Positions 54,811 to 62,445 of a stretch of 64,000 nucleotides of DNA are shown piece after piece. Numbering within the stretch: position 1 is the stretch's first letter; every line of letters starts with the position of its first letter. The stretch comes from Acaryochloridaceae cyanobacterium VAR_48_metabat_390 (lineage in GTDB: Bacteria; Cyanobacteriota; Cyanobacteriia; Thermosynechococcales; Thermosynechococcaceae). Below the pieces are notes generated by a model. That model saw only the letters and a list, made by a program, of their open reading frames with translations. It had not been told where the DNA came from and ran no database searches. The translations under genes were made by a program, and so were the position numbers. Where the stretch lies: the NCBI GenBank assembly GCA_031422435.1, contig JANPLU010000030.1:95918-159917 (forward strand). Direction: 5' to 3'.

Positions 54811-57800
54811 AGCTCGGACTGCCCAAACGCCTCAAGCGATCGCCGTTGAGTTTGCTGCTCAGCAGTGGCGCTACGAGGCGTTAAATCAACGGGCGAATCA
54901 ACTGGCTCATACTCTGCGGAAGCTGGGGGTGGGTCCCGAAACCTTGGTGGGTCTCTGTATTGAGCGATCGCCGTTGATGATAGTGGGACTATTGGCCATC
55001 CTCAAGGCTGGGGGAGCCTATGTCCCCCTTGACCCTACCTACCCCAGGGAGCGAATTGCCCTCATGCTGGAGGATTCGCAGCTTTCAGTGCTGCTCACCC
55101 TAGAGCATCATCAAGATGCGCTACCCCCCCATCAAGGCAAAGTTTTTTGTCTCGACACCGATTGGGAAACAATCGCGCAAGAATCCGTTGAGAACCCTGA
55201 GCCGTTGGTGCTGCCGACGAATTTGGCTTACGTCATCTACACGTCGGGTTCTACGGGCAAGCCGAAAGGGGTCATGATTGAGCATCGCGCTCTAGCCAAT
55301 TTTGTTGAGGCGGCTAGCCGTGCCTATGCGATCGCACCAGAGGATCGGGTGCTTCAGTTTGCCTCCATTAGCTTTGACGCAGCGGTGGAAGAAATTTTTC
55401 CGGCCTTATGCTGTGGTGCAACCGTGGTGCTGCGAACCCAGGACATGCTGCGGTCGATCCCAGCCTTTGTAGAAACCTGTCGGAACTGGCAGATCACCCT
55501 TTGGGATTTGCCCACGGCGTTTTGGCATAAGCTCTGTGCTGAACTAAAGCGGGTAGTGCTACCCGAGTCTTTGCGCTTGGTCATTATTGGCGGAGAACGT
55601 GCCTTACCGCGCTGGCTGATGGCTTGGCGGCAGCAGGTAAACCCCCAAATTCGCCTCGTGAACACCTACGGTCCCACCGAAGCAACGGTCGTCGCCACTT
55701 GGTGCGATTTAGCAGGCCCTCAAGCCGTTGATACCTCTACCCGACTCCTCCCCATTGGTCAAGCCGTTGACAACATGCAGGTTCACATTTTAGATGACGA
55801 GCTGCGTCCGGTTCGGGTCGGGACACCTGGAGAGCTGTATCTGGGGGGCGTGGGGTTAGCCAGGGGCTATCTGCATCGCGCCGATTTAACCGCCGTCAAG
55901 TTTATTCAAACGCCCCAGAGTCGGGCGCGGGGCGATCGCCTCTACCGCACGGGCGATGTGGTGTGCTGTCGAGAAGATGGTCATCTCACGTTTCTAGACC
56001 GAGTTGACCACCAAGAGAAAATTCGCGGGTTCCGTGTGGAGCTAGGTGAAATTGAAGCGGTGTTAGAGCAGCATCCCATCGTACAGAACGCCGTGGTGGT
56101 AGCGCGGGAGGAAACACCGGGCGACAAACGGTTGGTCGCCTACGTGGTGCAGAACCCCCAGGGGGCGATCTCAGATCACTCCTTTGTAACGCCTCACCTT
56201 GAAACCGAACAAATTGCCCAGTGGCGGCTGATCCACGATGATGACAGCTTTAACCCTGCCGAGGCTCACTGGGATCCGACCTTTAATGTGAGTGGATGGC
56301 TCAATAGCTACACCGGACAGCAAATCCCCGATGTTGAAATGCGCGAGTGGGTGAACAACACCGTCAACCGAATTTTATCTCTGCAGCCGCGCCGCGCCCT
56401 CGAAATTGGCTGTGGCACGGGCTTGATACTTTTTCGGGTGGCTCCCCACTGCCATACCTATGTGGGCACCGATTTCTCAAAAGTGTCGCTCCAGCACATT
56501 CAGCAGCAGCTCACCCGTCCCGATCTGCACTTGCCTCAGGTGCAGCTCTTTGATCGGATGGCAGACGACCTCAGCGGTCTTGCGCCCCACTCCTTTGATA
56601 CGGTCATTATCAACTCAGTGATTCAATATTTTCCTAGCGCTCAGTATCTGGTAAAGGTGATTGAGGGAGCCTTGCAGGTCGTAGAGCCAGGAGGATTTAT
56701 CTTCATTGGCGATGTTCGTCACTACCCCCTGCTAGATGCCTTTGCCGCCTCAGTTGAGCTGTTTCAGGCTCCCGATGCTCTGCCAACGGAAGAGCTGCGA
56801 CGACGGGTACAAAAGCGGCGACGTCAAGAAGAAGAACTGACGCTAGATCCAGCCTTTTTTGATGCCCTCCAGCAGCAGTTTCCGCAAATTTCCCAAGTCC
56901 AGGTGCTTGTAAAAGAAGGCGTTCATCACAACGAACTCACCCGCTTCCGCTATGATGCCATTCTTCAAGTTGGCCCAGCGCCGCGCCCTTGCTTCGAGCA
57001 TCCCTGGCTTGACTGGCAGCAGGATAATCTAACCATCTCGACCATTCGTCAACGGCTGCAAAAGACTCAGCCAGAAGTTTTAGGCATCCGAGGCGTTCCT
57101 GATGCCCGTGTTTTAGCCGATGTGCAAACAGCTCGCCTCCTCGCCAGCGACGATGCCCCAACAACCGCTGGGGAAATCCGCCAGATGCTCTTAGCCCAAC
57201 TCTATGGAGTAGATCCCCAAGAATTTTGGCAGCTTGGCCGTGATTTGTGCTACGCCACCGCCTTAAGCTGCTTAGGGACTGGTGCAGCAGGCTGTTACGA
57301 TGTGCTGCTGCATCGCCGTTCTGCCGTCACCTACAGGAGTCTCCCCTGGATTTTGTCTGCGACCCCCGCACAAACGCTGTTTCTGCAACCCTGGTATCAG
57401 TATGCCAACAATCCGCTCCAGGGCAAGATCGTCCATAACCTAGTGCCCCAGTTGCGGCACTATCTCAAGGAAAAACTGCCTGCCTACATGGTGCCCTCGA
57501 CGTTTGTGATGTTAGAGGCGCTGCCCATGACCCCCAACGGCAAGGTGGATCGGCGCGCACTCCCCGCCCCCAGTTCTGATCGCCCTGCTTTAGAGATCGA
57601 ATTTGTGGCACCCCGTACCCCCATCGAACTGCAGCTAGCCGAGATTTGGACCCAGGTGATTGGCATTGAACAGGTGGGAATTTATGACAGCTTCTTTGAA
57701 TTGGGGGGCGATTCGCTGCGGGTCACGCAGTTGATTTTTCGGGTGGAAGAGGCGCTTCAGGTGGTGGTGCCACTGCTGGAGTTTTTTAAGGTTCCTACCA

Positions 57801-59101
57801 TTCATGGACTCCGAGAATATATCCATTTGGGCGATCGCCACCACCGCCGCCATCACCCAGCCACCGCGTTCATGAGCCTGTCCCAACTTCAGGCCGAAGC
57901 CCAGCTCGATCCGAGCATTCAATCGCCCTTGGAACCACCAGAGGGAGCAGAGATATCCATCGCCGCACCGCAACGCTTTTTCTTGACAGGCGCGACCGGA
58001 TTTCTGGGAACCTTTTTACTCCATGAACTGCTCCAACAAACCGAGGCGACGGTTTACTGTCTTGTCCGGGCGCAAACGGCGCAAGAGGGAAGCCAAAAGC
58101 TACAGCACGCCCTAGAGCGATATTTGCCCGATGTCGCGTTTCCCTACGCCCGCATTGTGCCTCTACGGGGCGACCTATCTCAGCCCTGGCTGGGGCTACC
58201 CGAGGCGAAGTTTCAAGAATTAGCCCATTCCCTAGACGGAATTTATCACTGCGGTGCCAGCGTCAACCTGATCTATCCCTACGCGACCCTCCGCGCGGCT
58301 AATGTTTTGGGCACTCAGGAAATCTTAAAGCTGACCAGTTACGGAAAACGCAAGCCCGTTCACTATATTTCGACCTTGGATGTGTTTGAATCCCTGGCCG
58401 CCACTGGGGTAGCAACCATTCGAGAAGAAGACAGTATTGCCCAAGGTTTAGGGATTTCTGGAGGCTACGCCCAAAGCAAATGGGTTGCCGAGCAGCTAAT
58501 GACCCAGGCTCAGTCGAGAGGGCTGCCTGTCTGCATTTACCGTCCAGGGCTGGTCACTGGGCACAGTCAAACCGGAATTGCCAATACTGAAGATCTGGTG
58601 AGTCGCTGGATCAAAGGCTTGATTCAGCTCAACTGTTCACCCCTGCTCGATCTCAGCATTGACATGTCGCCTGTGGACTACATCAGTAGGGCGATCGCCT
58701 ACCTGTCGCTCCAGCCCCAGTCCTACGGCCACACCTTCCATCTTGTTAACCCCCAACCTTTAGCCCTGAAAGACTTTGTGCAAGAACTCAATCGTCTCGG
58801 CTATCCGCTCCAGCAGGTGCCTTACGCCCAATGGCAGGCACTACTCCAGGCAGAAACCAACGCCCTCAGCCCCTTGAGTGCTGTTCTCACCGAGTCGATG
58901 GCAAAACAGTCCCTGACCCGCCTCGAAATTTGGCTAGCAGGCAACCAGATCTTTGACGGTCGCCAGACCCTTCAAGCCCTAGCCGATAGCGGCATGACTT
59001 GCCCCGCCGTAGACGATAGGCTCTTGGACTGCTATCTAACCTACCTCACTCGCAGTGGGTTTTTAGACACTCCTCACGCCCATACGTCCATTTCTCAATA
59101 A
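54740..59101 (+). CDS. Monomodular NRPS-like enzyme: A - embedded N-methyltransferase - PCP - terminal thioester reductase (no C domain)
   Basis: YTSGSTGKPKG, YGPTE, YRTGD, KIRGFRVELGEIE, LEIGCGTG, NGKVDR, LGGDSL, TGATGFLG and YAQSK; start at 54740 or 54758. Confidence 0.93.
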   Translation: MPRKTRMSGREQSTDCLCVHQWIEARTAQTPQAIAVEFAAQQWRYEALNQRANQLAHTLRKLGVGPETLVGLCIERSPLMIVGLLAILKAGGAYVPLDPTYPRERIALMLEDSQLSVLLTLEHHQDALPPHQGKVFCLDTDWETIAQESVENPEPLVLPTNLAYVIYTSGSTGKPKGVMIEHRALANFVEAASRAYAIAPEDRVLQFASISFDAAVEEIFPALCCGATVVLRTQDMLRSIPAFVETCRNWQITLWDLPTAFWHKLCAELKRVVLPESLRLVIIGGERALPRWLMAWRQQVNPQIRLVNTYGPTEATVVATWCDLAGPQAVDTSTRLLPIGQAVDNMQVHILDDELRPVRVGTPGELYLGGVGLARGYLHRADLTAVKFIQTPQSRARGDRLYRTGDVVCCREDGHLTFLDRVDHQEKIRGFRVELGEIEAVLEQHPIVQNAVVVAREETPGDKRLVAYVVQNPQGAISDHSFVTPHLETEQIAQWRLIHDDDSFNPAEAHWDPTFNVSGWLNSYTGQQIPDVEMREWVNNTVNRILSLQPRRALEIGCGTGLILFRVAPHCHTYVGTDFSKVSLQHIQQQLTRPDLHLPQVQLFDRMADDLSGLAPHSFDTVIINSVIQYFPSAQYLVKVIEGALQVVEPGGFIFIGDVRHYPLLDAFAASVELFQAPDALPTEELRRRVQKRRRQEEELTLDPAFFDALQQQFPQISQVQVLVKEGVHHNELTRFRYDAILQVGPAPRPCFEHPWLDWQQDNLTISTIRQRLQKTQPEVLGIRGVPDARVLADVQTARLLASDDAPTTAGEIRQMLLAQLYGVDPQEFWQLGRDLCYATALSCLGTGAAGCYDVLLHRRSAVTYRSLPWILSATPAQTLFLQPWYQYANNPLQGKIVHNLVPQLRHYLKEKLPAYMVPSTFVMLEALPMTPNGKVDRRALPAPSSDRPALEIEFVAPRTPIELQLAEIWTQVIGIEQVGIYDSFFELGGDSLRVTQLIFRVEEALQVVVPLLEFFKVPTIHGLREYIHLGDRHHRRHHPATAFMSLSQLQAEAQLDPSIQSPLEPPEGAEISIAAPQRFFLTGATGFLGTFLLHELLQQTEATVYCLVRAQTAQEGSQKLQHALERYLPDVAFPYARIVPLRGDLSQPWLGLPEAKFQELAHSLDGIYHCGASVNLIYPYATLRAANVLGTQEILKLTSYGKRKPVHYISTLDVFESLAATGVATIREEDSIAQGLGISGGYAQSKWVAEQLMTQAQSRGLPVCIYRPGLVTGHSQTGIANTEDLVSRWIKGLIQLNCSPLLDLSIDMSPVDYISRAIAYLSLQPQSYGHTFHLVNPQPLALKDFVQELNRLGYPLQQVPYAQWQALLQAETNALSPLSAVLTESMAKQSLTRLEIWLAGNQIFDGRQTLQALADSGMTCPAVDDRLLDCYLTYLTRSGFLDTPHAHTSISQ

Positions 59102-59126
59102 CCCCAATCCAAGAGACTTAATCCTC

Positions 59127-59909
59127 ATGTCAACAGCAGATATTCCCTACGCCAACTACACCGCTTGGAGCGCCACCGAGTACCTCAATGAGTACTACAG
59201 CGACATCATGTCCGACGAAAAATTCTGTCTAGAGTTTTTGGTGGCAGCCTTGCAGCATACCCCAGACGTTCCGGTGGCGCTGGACTTTGGCAGTGGCCCC
59301 ATTATTTCGCACATTTTGCCTTTAGTCGCTAAAGCCCAAACGGTCATCATGTCAGAATATTTAGAGTCCAACTGTGCGGCTGTGCAGCAGTGGCTGTCTG
59401 GTCACGCCGAAGCCCATAACTGGAACCCGTTTACGCAAGAAGTTTTATGTTTAGAAGGCAATCTGTCCCCAATGGCAGCGGATATTCAGGCCCGCGAGCA
59501 GTTGGTTCGCCAACGGGTGACTCAAGTGCTGCCTGGAGATGTGCGGGATGCCAATCCTTTAGGTTTAGAAAAGCGGGAATTTTTTCCGCTGGTAAGCGCC
59601 CACTACTGCGCAGAAGGCATTAGCCCCGATCTAGACCAGTGGCGCGCCTACATGGGCAATATTATGAGCATGGTGAAGCCCGGGGGCACGCTCATTACCT
59701 CCTCCTGCGGGTCTGGCATCTTTTATAAGGTTGCCGATCAGTATTTTCCATCTACTAAGCTAGAGCCTCAAGATGTGCTGAACTGCTTTTGGGAAAACGG
59801 ATTCATCGACCTGGATATTCGCGTCCGGCAACTGCCAGAGTATTTCTCGGCAGAGCAGGGCTTTTTCTATACTATTTTTGCCTGCGGGGTCAAATCAGAT
59901 CAGACTTAA
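59127..59909 (+). CDS. NNMT/PNMT/TEMT-family SAM-dependent N-methyltransferase
   Basis: EYLNEYY, LDFGSGP, HNWNPF, GDVRDANPL, VKPGGTL and YKVADQYFPS parallel the NNMT-family motif order. Confidence 0.85.
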   Translation: MSTADIPYANYTAWSATEYLNEYYSDIMSDEKFCLEFLVAALQHTPDVPVALDFGSGPIISHILPLVAKAQTVIMSEYLESNCAAVQQWLSGHAEAHNWNPFTQEVLCLEGNLSPMAADIQAREQLVRQRVTQVLPGDVRDANPLGLEKREFFPLVSAHYCAEGISPDLDQWRAYMGNIMSMVKPGGTLITSSCGSGIFYKVADQYFPSTKLEPQDVLNCFWENGFIDLDIRVRQLPEYFSAEQGFFYTIFACGVKSDQT

Positions 59910-59994
59910 GGGGGCACAACCCGATCATTAACGGGAGAGAAATGGGTAGCCTTTGAAGAAGACCCGTGGGGCAAAACCGAGCGAGCAGCACTCC

Positions 59995-62430
59995 ATGCTA
60001 AGGCAAGCACCGCAGTTTATTAGTCAGATTACGAAACGATTACCGCTGCGGATCGTTCTCACCGTTCCCTTTGTGCTACAGGTGCTTGCTGCCACTGGGT
60101 TGGTGGGCTATCTTTCAATTCGCAACGGCCAGAAAGCCGTGAACGACCTTGCGCTTCAGCTTCAGCAACAGGTCAGCGCCCGTGTCGATCAGCATTTGAA
60201 TAGCTACCTCGTACTGCCGCATCAAATCAACCAGCTCAACCTAGAGGCCATTCAGCGCGGACAGCTCGACCTCAAAAATCTGAATGAATCAGGGCGCTAT
60301 TTTTGGAAACAAGCCCAGATTTTCAAAAATTTCAGCTTCATTGGCTATGCTTTGCAGGACAACACCAACGTGGGGGCAGGGCGATGGTTGAAAGGGCAAG
60401 ATTTGGTCATCACCTACCATCCAGGGGGCAGTACCAAAGACTACACCTATACCGCTGACAACCAAGGGAATCGTACCAAACAAGTTCTTACCGCAGACTA
60501 CGATGCCCTTACCGATGCGTGGTACAAAGAAACCGTAAAGGCGGGGAAACCCTTGTGGAGCCGTGTGAGCGTTGCAGAGGGGTTTGGTTCTCATGGGTAC
60601 ATTTATGCCTCCGCCAATGTGCCCATTTATAACCAGAAGCACCAACTGCTCGGCGCATTGGGGACTGATTTACTGCTGTCGGATATCAATACCTTCCTAA
60701 AGGGAATCAAGGTGAGTCCGTTAGGGAAAATCTTTATCATGGAGCGGAACGGTTTGCTGATCGCCAATTCCGGTTCATTTCCAACCTACAAACTGATTAA
60801 CAACACAGAGACGCAGCGCATTAATGCCCTAGAAAGCGACTCACCCCAAATTCGCACAGCGGCTCAATATCTCAAACAGAAGTTTGGCACGTTTGAGACG
60901 ATTCGCTCTAGCCAACAGCTTGAATTTGTATCCAGCACATTAGAGTCGCATTCATCAATGCTTGGGGGGCAGCAGAATCGTCAATTTATCAGCGTGATGC
61001 CCTGGCAAGATCGGTACGGGCTGGATTGGCTCGTGGTTGTGCTGGTGCCCGAAGCAGATTTTATGGAGCAGATTAATACCAATACCAACACAACCATCTT
61101 TCTATGCGTTCTGGCGATCGCCGTTTCTGTAATGCTTGGCATCTTCACCGCAGAATGGGTCAGCCGACCCATTCTGCGAATCAATCAGGCTGCCAAGGCG
61201 ATCGCAGGAGGAGATTTTGTCCAAACCATCGCCCTGAAGCGACGCGATGAATTAGGCGAGTTATCTCACTCCTTTGACCGTATGGCTGCTCAATTACAAA
61301 CCTCCTTTAGCGAATTAAAAGATCTCAACACAGCGCTTTCCGCCAGCGAACAACGCCTCGCCAGCTACAACCAAGTTCTAGAGCAGCAGGTGCAACAACG
61401 CACTCAGGAATTGTCCCAAACCCTGCAACAGCTCCAGTCCGCTCAGCAAGAAATCATCCAGTCTGAAAAAATGGCGGCTTTAGGGCAGCTCGTGGCAGGT
61501 ATTGCCCATGAAATCAACTCTCCATTAGGGGCTATTCAAGCCTCCGTGAGCAACATTAGCACCGCGCTAGATCAGCTCCTGCTGGAGTTTCCCCCTCTGC
61601 TGCAAACTCTATCCCCAGTACACCAAACGAGTTTCTTTACCCTAATCGAGTGGGCAAGACAACCCAGAGATCTCCTCCCCCCCCGCGTAGAGCGCCAACT
61701 GCGGCGCACCATTCAGCAAACCCTGACGGAGCAGGGCATAGAAGAAGCCGAACTTGCCGCCCAGTCGCTGAGTCGAATGGGGTTTACCTCCAGCTTAGAC
61801 CCCATTCTGCCGCTGTTGCAAATTCCCAACACCCTTGACCTTCTGGGAGCGGCACATCACCTTTCCACCATTCAACACAATAGTCAGAACACGCAGATGG
61901 CGGTAGAGAAATCATCCAGAATTGTCTATGCGCTCAAAGCGTTTGTCCGTCAAGATGGCTCAACCCAACCCATTCGAGCGTCTGTGGTAGACAGTATTGA
62001 AACGGTTCTGACGCTGTATCAGCACCATTGCCAAAATGGCATTGAGATGATTAAAAGCATCGCGCCAGTCCCCGATATTCTTTGTTACCCCGACGATCTT
62101 GCCCAGGTCTGGTCTAATCTCATTGGAAATGCCGTGCAGTCCATGAACTATCGCGGTCGATTAGAGATTGGAGTTAACGTGCAAAACCAGAATGTTGTTG
62201 TTGAGATCATCGATTGTGGCATCGGAATTCCGCTCAACATTCAAGACAAAGTGTTTGAGCCATTCTTTACAACCAAGCCATCTGGAGAAGGGAGTGGGTT
62301 AGGACTCAGTATCGTTAAGAAAATTGTGGATAAACATCATGGAAAAGTAGAGCTAGAGAGTATGGCTGGGGCAACGGTTTTTCGAGTGTGGCTGCCGCTT
62401 GACCCTGAACCTTTAGCACTGCAACTGTAG
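59995..62430 (+). CDS. Membrane sensor histidine kinase (TM-Cache-TM-HAMP-HisKA-HATPase)
   Basis: Two TM segments, extracytoplasmic Cache region, HAMP (DELGELSHSFDRM), AHEINSPL, NLIGNA, FEPFFTTK and GSGLGL. Confidence 0.92.
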   Translation: MLRQAPQFISQITKRLPLRIVLTVPFVLQVLAATGLVGYLSIRNGQKAVNDLALQLQQQVSARVDQHLNSYLVLPHQINQLNLEAIQRGQLDLKNLNESGRYFWKQAQIFKNFSFIGYALQDNTNVGAGRWLKGQDLVITYHPGGSTKDYTYTADNQGNRTKQVLTADYDALTDAWYKETVKAGKPLWSRVSVAEGFGSHGYIYASANVPIYNQKHQLLGALGTDLLLSDINTFLKGIKVSPLGKIFIMERNGLLIANSGSFPTYKLINNTETQRINALESDSPQIRTAAQYLKQKFGTFETIRSSQQLEFVSSTLESHSSMLGGQQNRQFISVMPWQDRYGLDWLVVVLVPEADFMEQINTNTNTTIFLCVLAIAVSVMLGIFTAEWVSRPILRINQAAKAIAGGDFVQTIALKRRDELGELSHSFDRMAAQLQTSFSELKDLNTALSASEQRLASYNQVLEQQVQQRTQELSQTLQQLQSAQQEIIQSEKMAALGQLVAGIAHEINSPLGAIQASVSNISTALDQLLLEFPPLLQTLSPVHQTSFFTLIEWARQPRDLLPPRVERQLRRTIQQTLTEQGIEEAELAAQSLSRMGFTSSLDPILPLLQIPNTLDLLGAAHHLSTIQHNSQNTQMAVEKSSRIVYALKAFVRQDGSTQPIRASVVDSIETVLTLYQHHCQNGIEMIKSIAPVPDILCYPDDLAQVWSNLIGNAVQSMNYRGRLEIGVNVQNQNVVVEIIDCGIGIPLNIQDKVFEPFFTTKPSGEGSGLGLSIVKKIVDKHHGKVELESMAGATVFRVWLPLDPEPLALQL

Positions 62431-62445
62431 AGCAAGGAACGCAAA

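Noticed and set aside
59127..59909. Guanitoxin biosynthetic cluster
   Set aside because: Only a GntF-like family methyltransferase is present; no other gnt-type enzymes are recognisable nearby.
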